From: the human T2T-CHM13v2.0 reference genome, Homo sapiens | Length of the DNA: 64,000 nucleotides | NCBI RefSeq assembly: GCF_009914755.1 | Contig: NC_060934.1 | Strand: one strand, 5' to 3' | Translations under genes and position numbers: made by a program | In this document: positions 33,240-52,206 of the stretch, piece by piece | Numbering within the stretch: position 1 is the first letter of the stretch | Layout of the letters: each line of letters starts with the position of its first letter | The notes under the pieces: generated by a model | What the model was told of the DNA's origin: nothing | Seen by the model: the letters and a program-made list of their open reading frames with translations, nothing else | Database searches by the model: none

Positions 33240-33525
33240 CAGTTTTATTGAGGTGTAATTGACAAGTAAAAATTATATATAAATACAATGTATAATATGA
33301 TGTTTTGATGTATGTGTATATACATTGTGAAATGATTACTACAGTCAAACTACTTAACATATTCATCACCTCACATAATTATTATTCTCCCCCCAGGGTG
33401 AAAGCATTTAAGATCTACAAGCTACAATTTTCAATTATACAATGTTATTATTAACTATAGTCACTATGCTGTCCAGTAGAGCTTCAGATCTTGTTCATCT
33501 TGTGTTCCTCCCTCCCCACCCTCAG
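33240..33525 (-). mobile_element. L1MA-type 3' end fragment
   Basis: ttttattgaggtgtaattgacaagtaaaaattatatat...ttaactatagtcactatgctgt. Confidence 0.75.
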
Positions 33526-34561
33526 TCCCTGGAAAACAGGTTTTAAAGATAGTTGCTAATCCTTATTTCTTCTAAATTTTTAAATCAGTTGCTGCCTCAA
33601 TTTCTATATGAGAAATGACTGATTGATTTCATTTTTCTGTTCACGCTACCATTTTCATATCATACTAGCACATGTTACCCATTAACTGTATTGCAGATTT
33701 GGTCTCACAAAATTCTTCTAAAATAACATTTTTAAAAAGCATATTAATCAAAAATAAGCTTTATATTTCTGAAGCTTGTTTGAGCATAGAATGCCTTTGG
33801 ATAAAATACCATTACCTAGTAAAGTGTGAACTTTTATAATCCATAAAAATTATTCTTTTATAAGAATATTCATAAATGTAGTTAGATTAATAGAAGATTC
33901 TCGATTCTTTGATCAGAAAACTAAGGACTATATTGAAAAATCAGTGACAAATTTAATTCTTATAGTACATCTGAAAGAAAAAAGAAAACTCTTGGGAGAA
34001 CTTTTACAGTGATTTAATTTTGCTGTTGATATATTTCTTTGGGTGGTAAGTATGGCAAAACATGTTAAAATTTAATGCAAAGAGATTTTGTACATTTTTC
34101 CATCTCTAAGAAGGACAAAGCCTAAGCCCCTCCAGATAGATAGAAAAACTCATTTAGAGAGTTCTCCTTCATGTTAATCTAATTTCTTCTTAATTCAGCT
34201 GTAAAACAGAAATAGAATGATCGTATTAATCATTTAAAGCTGTGTAATTGCATAGATTCCTTGTTCCTTTACCCCCTCTTATATCTTGTTTCCTATCCTT
34301 TGTGACTTTTTTTGCATTATATATAAGGATGCCGAAATACTGTTTATTGTTGATAGTTTACAAAATTGAATCTTACATTAGTGCATAATTTTGGTGAATG
34401 TTGAAGATTATGGTAGATTGCCTTACATTTCTGCATATTGTTTGCACCTTGGAATGATAGCACTGGCATGAATTATAGAGCTGAGGATCTAAAGATTTTT
34501 ACTTTGATTTATCCCATTATCATCTGCAGGGAAACAATTGCTTTTACTGATTAAAAATGCA

Positions 34562-34886
<325 letters not shown>

Positions 34887-37800
34887 TTAAAACAGAGTTG
34901 ATGAGCAGCATATATTTTGGTAGTGGAAAAAAAGGTAAAAAATTTTTTGTAATAAAATAGAAAAATTTTGTAATGTGGAGGCGCAGAACACTAGATTTAA
35001 GCCAGGGGGTCTTAAATTGTGTTACATTCCTTTTAAAGTCTGATGGAAGGTATAAATGTTCTCCCCTCAAAAAATGTGCATAGTGTACATAAAATTTTGC
35101 AGTTTTTATTACATTGAAATATATTCTTTTAGACAGAATGTAAAAGAACCTTCATGAAAACTATGTCACTTTTTTATGCAAAAACCAGTGGCTACTACAT
35201 GAGAGCAATGAATAAATCTAAGTGGTACAAATTAACCAAAATTAAGCTTTAGTTCTGTTCAATACTAAATTTTAATGAAAAGACTGCTATTTAACTTTTA
35301 AAATAACAAGTTGAAACTATGCTCTTTGACTTTGACTTTGCAACTTTTATATGATCTTTGATATCCAATCAGTGTTGACTTTGGTAAAAAGTGCTGAAAA
35401 TGCTATTTTACAAAAGAAAGAAGAGTAAATGGAATCTGTAGATTCTATTGCCTGATGAAAGTAGACGTGTCAAGAAATAAGAATTCTCCAAGGCTCTTCA
35501 GATAAATTCATGTTTCATCATTTTCTTTGCCTTCAAGTTACTGAGATCATTTTTGGCAAGATCTGTATCATTAATGCTGTGTTAGGAAAGAAAAGATTAT
35601 GACTCCACATTTTACTTTCAAGGTTGAAGAGTTAAACTGTTTAAAAAGAGTGTATGTTATCCTGTAAACAGCAGTATCAGGCTGTAGAATTTGTCTTCTG
35701 AAAGCAGGGAACTTATATATAGCAAAGAACTTCATAGTGCTCCCATTTCTTGACAAAACCTCTCGAGAAGCTCTTGATTGAAAGTCTTGGCTTTCATGAA
35801 TCTGGCAGCTTTCACAATAGTGGATTTTTCATGACAAATCATCTTACACAGGGAATTATTCAAGGGTTGGCACTTGAAACAGTAGAATACTTTCACAACA
35901 AGAGATAAGATTTCTTTCAGGATTGATGACAGTCTTGCACCCTAGCGCATACTGATGAAGAGAGCAGTGGGTGACCATGACATGGAGAGCTTCTGTCTTT
36001 ACCAGTGCCCCAATATCAGATGTGTTGTCTGGCAGTAAGGTGTACTGTCTGCCTACAGAATACTGAGGTTTCTTCAGGAGAAGTTTTTTGGTAAAGAAAC
36101 TTTACCATTTTGAAAGTGTTAATGTTTTCTGAAGCTTCCAAAAAGATTCCAAAATGGGAATGTTTCCTTGATTGTGTCACCATGCTTGCATTTGATGAAA
36201 ACTTGTAGCCGGCTATACTGAGAAATCATATCTGAAGAAAGGTGGTACTTCCAATCTTTTTGTGACCTACTTTATTATTGTTTTTTTAATGTCAGGGTTT
36301 TTTTTGGAATGGAGAAAAGTATTTGATAGAGGTATTGCAACAGTCTTATTCTTCTTCATGCTACAAGTATATTTGACTCTTTCTAAGATACTTGCCTTCA
36401 CTGTTCAACTGTGTGACTTTTTGTTTGTTTAGCATTACAATCAATATCCTAGTAGGATGATTTAATCAATGATTTTTAATTGGAACAAATAGTTTTTGTA
36501 ATGGTCTAGGCTTTTCCAACTTAACTGTGCTCTCACATGTGGTCTCTTTTTCTCCCTCTTTCCTCCTTCTTATACACTCTCACCCACACACATATGCATA
36601 CATACCCTGTCTGATGTATCTGCTTCTTCAGAATAGTTGGCTGTGCTCTGCTGATGATGAGAACTTGCCATTTAAGAAGGACTTGGGATAGTCCATGTCA
36701 TCATGTTCAGGGATAAAAGTAAAACCCAAGGGCATTTAAACTTTATTGTATTTTATTTTCTGTTTCCAGTCCAAATTAAATCCAAGAGAAGGCTCCATAA
36801 TCAAAAAGTAAGGACATATTTTAAATTTGCCAATGGGAAGATATTCTAGTCATTACAGTCTGGTAATACTATCAATTCTGTTTCTCTTCAGAGGTGAGGG
36901 GAGACTATTTGATGAAATCGTAAGTCCTGTAGGGTGTTGTGAAATAGGGCCAGAATGAAAGATAGCAAGAATAGTGTTATGAAAATAAAATGCAAAGTTT
37001 ATAATATCATGTGGTAAAATGTAATAGTATTTACTTCATCAGTAGAACTGCTCTAGTAGCTGTATATTCTCCATCCTTGCATAGGTTGGAATATCCCCCA
37101 AGTGAAAAGAGATTGATGGGCTAATAGTTAATAGAAAATGGAGATCTGTACATACAGTGTTAAGAATGTAGATATTAAAATTGTTATATTTAGCTGTTAC
37201 ATAATATTAAGACTCAGAGTTAAGTAATTTCACTGAAATTGATTGCTTTTTGTGTCTTGGAGTCAAAATAAATAACTGAAATCTACTATACTTGGCTCAT
37301 GCTTAATTAATATACTTAGACCATATTTCGGATGAATTATTCACAGAATCTAAAGGAGTATCCTCGTGTTCTTACCTTCTTTATCCCTGTGTTTATTTAA
37401 AAAGGCAAAAAAAATGGAGCAGATGCTGTTGGTTGACCATATTTTACTGAACAGTAGCATTTGTGTTTAGGTTGAAACAGCATTAGAAAACTAGATACGG
37501 ATTAAAGTCAGTGGTAGGTTTTTTTTTTTTTTTCTTCCAGGAATGTTTCTTATAGATGATCAAACAGGCACAGGAAGGGGAAGTGTTGTGATCAATATTA
37601 TCCAGTTAATATTAGCATTCAGAGGAAAATTTGAGTCCTCTGATACACTGTTAAATTTCTTTCTATACTATCAAGTCCACAAATCCTGGAACTGCAAAAG
37701 AATTTTGAGACTGTTCAAAATAATTAATCTCTGTATAGGCTCAGGCTTTCCTGCAAGGTTATGAAATGCTGATAAAATTGGTCTTATTTTGAAAGGCTCC

Positions 37801-38964
37801 TCAGCTTATACCTTTCCTTACAAATGCTTCCTTACAAATGCTAAAGCATTTAATGACTCCTGACTTAAAGGGAATTTGGACAGATTGAGGTTGTTGGTCT
37901 TGGAAATATAATACTGCAGGCTTCTGTAAAATACTTGAAATGTAATTGTTTTAAAACTTTCAAAGATACCACTTGTTTGCCTGTTGGTTAGAATACTGGT
38001 GAAATAATTTTTAATCTTTTATGAATAACTAATTTCATCATAAGAAAACTTAGCTAAGCATGGTAAAGCTGTTGTTATACAACTGTGGAATTCTTCCTGA
38101 GGAGTAACTATCTTATAATAAATGTAGTTGATTATCTAAAGTAGTTTTATTCTTGGAATATCTCATAATAGGTTTATTCTCTTCTTGTCAGTATTTCCTT
38201 GTAGATTGAGCCTGTGGATTTGCATTTTTGTAATTGTGAATCACCATTATAGGAGATACATGCATTTTATCTACTTTTCAGTTTGTATGGGGTTAACTTT
38301 ATTAGAATTATCTTTAATGTTATTTTGCTTATATCCTTAATTTTAATTATAGACAAACATTAAGAAGCTGGAGAAAATTATGTTCTAGTGACATTTATAT
38401 AGAAGAAGAATCTTTTTTCCCCCTTTCTTTTTTGAAGGGAGATGAGGCAGTCATATTTTGGTAAAGAATTTGTAGACTTTGCAGAGGTCTCTTCAAAATA
38501 ATCTGGCTCAGAGTCTTGACATATCCTCAGCAGACATGGTGCAAATTAGATGGCAGAGTGGTGGGTACAAGTTGACCATAAAATAACGCATTAGGTTAGT
38601 AATGCCCAAATAATACTTTGGGTTTTCAGTGTTGCAGAGAAGTCAGACAACTGATAGTTATTATAAAGAAAAATGTTCTGAGAGTGAGGTAACCGCTTAA
38701 GGGAAGGAAGCCTCCTTCTGTCTTATTCACTAATTTACAAGAAGATAATTGTGTTACACTTCCTTAGGAGTCATTCATTTGTATATTTGACACTTTTGCT
38801 TTATGAACATGTGAAGATTATTCAAAAGTAAGCTGTTGGTGATTTTTTTCTTCCAAGAAAGCATGCCACAGGGCAACTTCTAGGGTTGGTTCTCATCTAG
38901 TCCTGTGCTCCACACTATCTGCATCTGCACTTAAGTTTCAATATTAGATAACTCACATGTTTAA

Positions 38965-39703
<739 letters not shown>

Positions 39704-40063
39704 TGATCTCAAGGAAAATGTTTGGTTTCTCTGGGGAATGAATTTTCATGACCTAATCTTAAATCAGGTTATTTTTTCTAGCCTGTTTACTAAATTTCTA
39801 CATGTTATAACCTAATGAAATTTTCTTACTTCCTCTTTATTTAAAACAAACTATAATTACTGTCTTTTTAAAAATCTTCCAATGTGGCGTTCTTATTTTT
39901 CTTAACATTTGAATTTTCCTGGGCCAAACCATGTTACTATGATACACATTATTTAAGGCTGTTATATAATACAGTAAAATTGTAGAACTTTCATACCTTG
40001 AAGGATCTTAGCAATTATTTAATTCAAACCCATTCTAACATAGATGATAAAACAGATTTGCAG

Positions 40064-40392
<329 letters not shown>

Positions 40393-40584
40393 AACAGATC
40401 TGCAAAGATCAACCTGTCCTAAGTCATATAATCTCTTTGTGTAATAATAAAAACCCCATCTTCTAACCTTAAACCTGGTATTTTTTTCTACGAAACTATG
40501 TTCTGCAGTCCAAATTATTTTTCTTTATTATTTTGAATCCTAAAGTAGAAATAGAAACTTAGAAAAATAAAAAGCAACTCCTTT

Positions 40585-41110
40585 ATGACATATGAGGACT
40601 TTTTCAGTTTTAAATAAGAAAAACCCAACTCAAAGTAGCTTAAATAAAAGGAGACATTTTTTGACTTACATAACCTAAAAGCTCTGGCCTGGATCTAGGT
40701 GCTCAACAGATCTCAAGAGTATCTCTCTTATTCTCTCTCCCTCCCTTACCCTCCTCCTCTTTTCTCTCTTCTGTATATATGTTATTTTCAAACAGGCTCT
40801 CACAAGTAGTGGCAAGATATAGTTCCTAATAGCTTCAGGTTTGCATTCTACCTACTTTAGCAACTATGATGAGAAGAGAGCTACAATTTGAGCAAAAATT
40901 TGTAGGGTGAGTTCTGATTTCCCTGGATTGAGGCACATGCCTATTATTCCTGAACCAAATATTCTGTCCAGGGAATGGAATTCTCTGGGGCATGTATCTA
41001 AAGCTGAAGTGTAGAGCCTGCCACACAGGGATAATAATAGTTTTCCAAAGAAAAATCAAGGAGGGGAAAGAATGTTGGAAAGAGAAAAAAATATCAGTTG
41101 TCTGCTTCAC
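40585..41110. mobile_element. Old MaLR LTR (MLT1J/K-like)
   Basis: aagaaaaacccaactcaaagtagcttaaataaaaggagac...tctgatttccctggattgaggcacatgcc motifs; boundaries approximate. Confidence 0.55.
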
Positions 41111-42182
41111 ATTTGTTCTCAATAATTAGTTTCATAGAAGTGAAATACTGTGTAACACCCTAAACTTTAGAGATTCTTCGTAGACAGGAAAAATAAGAAC
41201 TCAATGAAGTTGTGACTTCATTCAAATCACGTAGTTTATATACATGCTATTAGTAAAACCCAGGACAGCTGAGTACAAGTTTTACCCTTATATTCACATT
41301 GAGGTCCAGATCCTGGTTTTGAATGAGATAATTACGTGCAGTCGGACTGTTTTCTGATCCTAAAAATAGAGACAATAATATCTATCTTGTAAAGTTATGG
41401 TAGTGTTAAAGATATATAAAATGTTGGCAAGTACCTTAATATACAATAACTACTGCTATATGTTGTCATTGTAATAATAATCATATTTCTTCCTTTGTTG
41501 AATTGCTTTCCTGTAGTAATCTTATTGTGATCATCCTGAAACATAGATTTCCGAGCTTCAAGCAAACACTATTATGTTGAAAAATCTACATTATTTCTAA
41601 GTTTAGCAGTGCCAGTGGAAAGTTTATTGAAATAGAAAATTACTTTTTTAACTGAGGAGTGTAGATTGTGAATTCGTGATTCATCTTCTTAGGAGATGAT
41701 CGGAATATTGATAAATATTGATGCATAGAATATGAACAAAACATTACATATCTTGTGCTGTGATATTAAAGTAGTATTCTGTTCTGGTAGTAGTATGGCA
41801 GTATTTTAGGTCTGAAAGATGTACATAATCTGTACTTTGAAGTCTGTTTTTTAAGAGATTAATCACAAGAGATTTACATAAAACAACTAAGGTTAAAAAT
41901 AAATGGTGGATTAGAGATACATCAGGCAAATTTCAATTTCAAAAGCAGATGACAGAATCTCAGTATCAGGGTAGCATTTAAAGCAAAAAGCATTAAACTG
42001 GATCAAAAATGTCATTTTACATCAACACAGGGTACACTCCAGGTAAAGACTTAACAGTTATGAACGAATGTGCTAAACATCAAAATGTATTAAGTAAAAG
42101 CTGAAAGAAATGAAGAATAATTGGTAGAAAAGCAATGATAGGAATCCTTAATGTACTTCAAAAGGCACGAAGTAAGAAGGTA

Positions 42183-43305
42183 CAGTCATGTACCACATAA
42201 TGATGTTTGAGTCAACACCTGACCTGGTATACGACAATGGTCCTATAAAATTATAATGGAGCTAAAAAGCTTCTATCACCTAGTGATGTTGAAGCCGTTG
42301 CAATGCAATGTATCACTCACATGTTTGTGGTAATGCTGGTGTAAGCAAACTTACTGTACTGTCAGTTGTATAAAAGCATAGCACAGTTATGTTCAGCACA
42401 TAATACTTTATAATGATAAACGAATATGTTACTAGTTTACGTGTTTACAGTACTATTATTTTAGCATGTGCTTCTGCTTATTAAAAAATGTTAACTATAA
42501 AATAATCTTTAGGCAGATCCTACAGGAGGTATTCCAGATAAAGGCATTATTGTCATAGGAGATGGCAGCTCCATGGATGTTATTGCCCCTTAAGACCTTC
42601 CAGTGGGACAAGATGTATAGGTGGAAGACAGTGATATTGATGATCCTGACCTTGTAGAGGCCAAGGCTAAAGTATGTATTTATTAGTTTTTAACAAGAGT
42701 TTAAAAAGTAAAAAAAAAAAATAAATTTAAAAATAGAAAAAATCTTAATAAGGATACAAAGAAAAAATGTTTTTGTGTAGCTGTGTAATATGTTTTTGTT
42801 TTAAGTTAAATGTTACAAAAGAGTCAGAGTTAAATTTTTTTATATTTATAAAGTGAAAAAGTTATAAAATGCTAAGGTTAATTTACTGAAGAAAGAAAAA
42901 ATTTTTAAACAGATTTAGAGTAGCATGTTTATAAAATCTACAGTAGTTTACAGTAATATCCTAGGCCTTCACATTAACTCACCACTCACCCACTGACTCA
43001 CCCAGAGCAGCTTCCAATCCTGTAAGCTCCATTCGTGGTAAGTGCCCTATACAGGTGTACAATTTTTATATCCTTTATACCATTTTTACTGAACCTTTTC
43101 TGTCTTTTAGATACACAAATAACATTGTGTTACAGTTGCCTATGATATTGAATACAGTAACTTACTGTACAAGTTTGTAGCATAGGAGCTGTATCATATA
43201 GCCTGGGTGTGTAGTGAACTATACCATCTAGGCTTGTGTAAGTATATTTTATGACACAGTGATGAAATCATCCAGATACAGTTTCTCTTAAGCAACACAT
43301 AACTG
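42183..43305. mobile_element. Tigger3b-like TcMar DNA transposon
   Basis: TA-flanked termini CAGTCATGT... / ...ACATAACTG; about 1.1 kb. Confidence 0.85.
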
Positions 43306-44769
43306 TATATATATATATATAGGTGGCTTTAATAATAAAATAATGAAATATATTTCTTTTTTTCTGTCATTGACAAAACAATTACCAGTCTTACTAATTA
43401 GATCAACTGCAAAACAAAATCTCACTCAAAAATAAAAATATGTAAGTCCCATTCCTTGATTACAATTCATTAGAACTGGAGATTTTTAAAAATGTTTAAA
43501 TTTATATGGAAATATAAAATCATGTTTTAAATAATTTTTGATTCAATGAGGAAATGTAAATTTAGAACTAAAGATTAATAACTAGAGATTTATAAAGGCA
43601 AAAATGTTAATGAATTAGGAAACAGTAAACCATTTGAACTAATCTAAATACTGATTGCATGAAAATGCCAATAAAATCAATACATATTTTTAAAAGCCAG
43701 TCAAGGATAAAAGAAAAGAGGGAAACTAAAAGTGAGACATTAAGTATGAGAAAGGAGATAAAACTAAAGTGTGGAGGTGATGTTAAAAATTATATTCAGG
43801 TCTGTGCTAATCATTTTGGAAATTTCAGTGAGAAGTGGGCAATTTTCAGTGAATATATCATTGTAAATGCTTTGAGGAGAGACAAAATCTGAATAGACCC
43901 TGCAATAATGAAAATGTCTAGGAGCCCTCAAGAAATACCTGGTTTAAATTGCATTTCAGGTGGCTGGTTATCACACCTTGAAGTATCAAGTAATTATGTT
44001 ATCTAAATTGGACCAGGTGTTAGAAAAATATGTGAGACTTCACAGGTGGCTGCTTATGTAGCCCTTATACCTTAATCTGATAAAGGTAGCATATATTTAA
44101 AAAGAGAGAAAACCAGAAGGTACAATTTAGGGAAAATTAAATACTTCTATTTGGCCAAAGTAAGAGTACATTCAAGGGAATTGTGAGAGGTAAGAGTGGA
44201 AACAGAGGTTGGAGCTGTATTTTTATGCTGTGATTGAATTACAGTGTGTGATAAATATTGCTCTTATTTGGGTAGATTACCATTTAACATTTTGAATTAA
44301 TTGGTAATTGGATTAATCTTAACTTTTAAAAAACTAATCTGAGAGTGGTATAAAGGATAGATTACAGAATGGATAAAGGGTGATAAATCAGTTGGCTATG
44401 GCAAAATTGCAGGAAGAAACTGAAATAGGCCACAGAAAACTGAAACTGACATTTTGAGTAGTATTTCAGAATCAAGATCTGGATTTTGGCAACTGAATAG
44501 ATGCGTAGGAATCAAAGATGAGTATACTAAATGAACTTAATCTATGATTTGTCTGTCATTTTATTGTGTACCATTAGTGTGTATGCATGTATGTATGTGC
44601 CAGGTAGTTAATAGGCTGACTGTGTCTCTTAGCTCCACTCTGCTGCCTGGGCCTTTGCCATAGTGCTGGAGTTCCCTCACTTCTCTTTTCTGTAACCCTA
44701 TTATATTACTGCTGTCTCTCAGCTGTGTTTCATTCCTCAAGCAGAAAGAAGATGGGAGGATCATATAGT

Positions 44770-44975
44770 AGTTGACTAGAAGCTGTGGAGTTTGAGTGCT
44801 GGGATTATATCTAGTTCCATTACTTATGAAGATTATATCTAGTTCCATTACTTCACCTCATCTATAAAATGGTTTACCAATAGTACCTACCTTACATGGT
44901 TTTATGAGTATTAAATTATGTATTTCTAAAGACATTTAGAACAATACAAAGAATATAGTGTGGGCTCAATAAGTG
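44770..44975 (+). mobile_element. MIR SINE with internal 23-bp duplication
   Basis: cctcatctataaaatgg...tagtacctaccttacatgg...ctcaataagtg. Confidence 0.75.
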
Positions 44976-45380
44976 ACGATGGTGTTAGTTATTAGAAGGC
45001 CATCGAGTGCTGGAGAAAATAATTGAATATCATTGATGGAAATAAAGGAAGTTTTCCACGTTAAAAAGCTTCGGTTTTTGGAAATGTGTGTTTTCAGTAT
45101 TTCTGAGATTACCAGGTAGAAATTCCAGCCAGATGTTGGAATTCTGCACTGGCAGTTGGGAATAAAGTCATGTTAAAGGAGATAAGTTTTGGAGTTATTG
45201 TGTAAAATTGGTAAAGCACTGGAATAGATTGGTTTGACAGAGGGGAAACTCTTTTTGAGATAGGCCTATATTTAGGGACAAGAGAAGAGACAACCAATAA
45301 GGGTTGAAAGAAACCTTGAGAGAGTAAGTCCTATGACAGAAGCAGGGAAGTTTCAGAATGATTGCAGAAAGATCAGCCAG

Positions 45381-46000
<620 letters not shown>

Positions 46001-46090
46001 AAAGATCAGCCAGCAGCCAGGATGGGATTGTGAAAACAGCAGGAAATTAGTTGTTGACAAAGCATTAATGACCATTAAGAAATCAGCCTC

Positions 46091-46397
<307 letters not shown>

Positions 46398-47088
46398 AAG
46401 AAATCAGCCTCATAATCAATTTCTCTGGATTAAGGAGTAAGAGCGTCTCAAGATTTGCTGTTTATAGAGAGGGAGGCTAATAGTTTGAGAGAGATACAGA
46501 ATCTAGGGAGAGTGTGGGTTTTTGGTCTTTCAGTTGTTTGCCAGCCTTGGATAAAGAATGAAGATTACTTGAGCATATTATTTAGAGACAAGTGGAGAGA
46601 ATAAAGGCACATGCCAGATAGGAGATAATTAATAAAGCACTTGTCCAAAATAGAAACTTGTTGAACAGGAAGAGACGTCAAGTATAAGGAGATTTTAAGA
46701 TGGGAGAAGGGAATTTTGAGTGTTTGTATTGGATGACCTCAGGGTTCCCAGTAAAGCAGGAGCTGAATTCATCGAAGGTGATGTGTTGGTCAGGATCAAG
46801 AGAGAGGTTGGGAGAACAAAGTGCTAAAATCGTTGTGGTCAAGAGTTTAAAAAGTGTATACCAGAAGAGTTATTGAGTGATAGGGGTTTGAAATAGGCAA
46901 AGCTGTAGGAAAGGGGGCTGGAAGGAATATTAGGAGGAACACTAAATATACTTCTGAGGTCTACCTCCTGGTCTGTGAACATAAAGGAGCTGAAAGAGTA
47001 ATGGCTGAAGTTCTTTAGTTTAGCTAAAGTTTTTTAGCTAAAGCTAGAATTGTTGAAAGTTGTATTTGAGGAAAAAAAGTTAAGGATA

Positions 47089-48375
<1,287 letters not shown>

Positions 48376-48558
48376 TGTAAATAATTTTCCTCAAAATTAA
48401 AGTGGAAAAGGAGAGTTACTACTAGTAGAAAGTAGAACTGTACCCTTGGGCAGGGGTGTGTGTGTGTAGTTAAAGATCAATTTAACTTAAAAGGTCTTGG
48501 TTAGAGAATAAAACTGGCCCTTATTAGCTTTAATTTACATGAAAAATGAAAAATTTTA

Positions 48559-48859
48559 GGCCAGGCACAGTGGCTCAGGCCTGTAATCCCTTAACTTTGG
48601 GAGACCAAGGGGAGTGGATCACTTGAGGTCAGGAGTTCAAGACAGCCTGGCCAACATGCTGACTCACCCTTCCCTACTGAAAATACAAAAGTTAGCCAGG
48701 CGCAGTGGCCATCCCTACAGTGCTAGCTACTCGGGAGGCTGAGGCAGGAGAATTGCTTGAACCCGGGAGGCAAGGTTGCGGTGAGCTGAGATCGCACCAC
48801 TGCACTCCAGACTGGGTGACAGAGCGAGACTCCATCTCAAAAAAAAAAAAAAAAAAAAA
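48559..48859 (+). mobile_element. Alu (AluS-like)
   Basis: Alu dimer with A-tail. Confidence 0.92.
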
Positions 48860-49879
48860 GATTTGAAAACAGAGTATTTTTTAATCTGCAAGAGCTTTAC
48901 AGCCTTTTATTCATATGTATAAGCTTTTAAAGATGACTAAAATTTTAGTGTGGACTTTCCACTCATTGGAAATCCTATATTGCAGGTGTTAATTCAATTT
49001 TAGTGAGTGTGCATCATGGCTCAGAGAGATAGGACTAGAATGAGGAGGTCACATTGGAGACTCTGAAACAGATACATGTGAGCCTCCCAACTTTTTAATA
49101 TTTGTTAATCTAGAAGTGTTGAATTTTGGGTGCTGACAAGGCAGCAGGTAGATAAGAATTGCAAAGTTAAGAAAATAGACTGTAATATTGATGGTAAACT
49201 AATTGATTAAATTTTAAAATGTACTTTTCCATGTTTTTCTTTGAATTGTCAGTAATTTTGTTTCAACTGGTATTCATACATAGATTATTCACCCAATGTT
49301 GACAACTAGTAGATTTATATATTTTTTATGTTGCCTATCCTTTTTTGGGTAAGGATTAACAGAATGTATAATCACCTACATTATAGGTACACTACTAATC
49401 ACTTGCTACTTGAAAAAACCTAAAGCTTTGAAATCTTTTTATTATTGCACACAAACTTATGCCAAAAATGGAGATAAAGAGAAAAATGTCATCCACTAAA
49501 CCCCAACAAATAATGTTGACAATGTGGTCTACTCGTAGACTCGCATTGACTTAATTTTTTTAAATCTTATTGCATATTTTGACTAGATAATAAATGCATA
49601 TGGTTAAAAAATTCACATGGTTCAAAAAAGTACACCTCCCACTCATCTTCCATGTGATATTTCCTTTCTGCTTAGCAATTCTGTATTTATCTTGCTAAAC
49701 ATGAATGACAGTTGTTTGCTGAAATTACATTAAATGTGACGTAATAAAATCATTGTAAGTTTACATTTTTTAACTTTAATAATTTTTAATGTTTTAATGA
49801 AGAGTATGAAGAGTAGTAGTACTGCTCTTCAAAGTACTACTACTTTACCTTACCTTTTACTGTTTTGTTAAGAAAATTA

Positions 49880-50213
<334 letters not shown>

Positions 50214-50571
50214 CTATTCCAAAACTGCACCTTGAATACAGGTACAGAATTGCTAAAACCGTGTACCATTTTGTAGTTTTAGCATGCTTTTGTGTAACTG
50301 CATCTGGTGTTTGATCCTCATGAGAGCCCTGTTAAGGAAGGGTACATATTATTGTCCTCATTTTCCTTCGAAAACACATCAGAGTTTGTATTTTGACTGT
50401 CAGCATTCAAATACAAGTCTTTTATTTATAAAATTTTGGTCTTTATACTGTGGCTAAAAATCTTAAATCACTTGTCATGATTTGAAATGGTTTATACCGA
50501 TTTTTTTTGACATTTATACACACATACACATATTTTTAAATTGTCTATAATAAAATCATGCTCATCTTTGA

Positions 50572-50926
<355 letters not shown>

Positions 50927-51969
50927 TGTTTTTAAATTCACATAAATATGTTTTATATTTTTCATTAGGGAGAAGAAGGTTGTGTCTACAATTTTTAAGA
51001 CATTGGGGAGATTTAGATGCCAGTAGTAACTTAAAAGAGAAATAATTGCAAATTCTTTTTCCTCTTGAGTATACTTTCATTTAAGGTACAGTGTTCTGTA
51101 AGTTACTTTTACCGTTAAACTTCTTAATGTTGCTTATTGTTTGTCTTACATTTTTAGGTTGGATTTTTCTTAAGTCACATGTCTAATAAAAAAAACCCTT
51201 AAATACCTCATTTATTCGTCTTCGTTAGTGAATGCATTGTTGTACATATTAGATTTTTCTCTTTAGATAACTCAGCTTCCCCTATTAAGTGCCACATGTA
51301 TTACAAAATTTTATTTATGTTTTATTGTTTAATAAACTCTTGAGAACTAGATACATTTTAATCATTTGTAATACTTACATTTTCTAAAACACTTCATTTT
51401 TCCCTGGTTTCTTCAACAAAGAGATGCATGTAGTACAAGGATAGCTTTACCTGTGTTAGAAGATTGTTTCACACATTTACATCAACTGCATAGTCCTGTT
51501 TTTGTTGGGCCCTAATGCCAGCATCACTTTTTGCTACTGCTGTTTCTGCCTTAAAGGCAATATGCCTCTGTCTAGTTTGCTGATTCTGATACTCTTTCCC
51601 CTGGAAAGTAGGTAATCAAGTTTGTGAGGAGCTGTGTGTTTAAGGAGTCCATAAATCCTTGTGGGGAGCCCTAGGTGTATAGAGCATAGCTGTAGGGCAG
51701 AGGCCTTTGACACTTATTCTGGATATGCAGTGGCCTTTGCCTATGGGGTTCATGGGTCAGAGCGCTGTTGTGACCTTTGAATAAATGGGTTGTTATGATA
51801 ATTGTTTTAAGGGAGGAGAGTTATTCTGATATCCTTTGTATTGATATTGCTCTTATTTATTATTGAGCTGGATTTAAGTATTAATCATTTAAGGTCAAAT
51901 TTCTAATGTATATATGTTCTTAAATGGCTACGACCCAGTTACCATAGCAATTTAGTGAAATAACTATAA

Positions 51970-52206
<237 letters not shown>

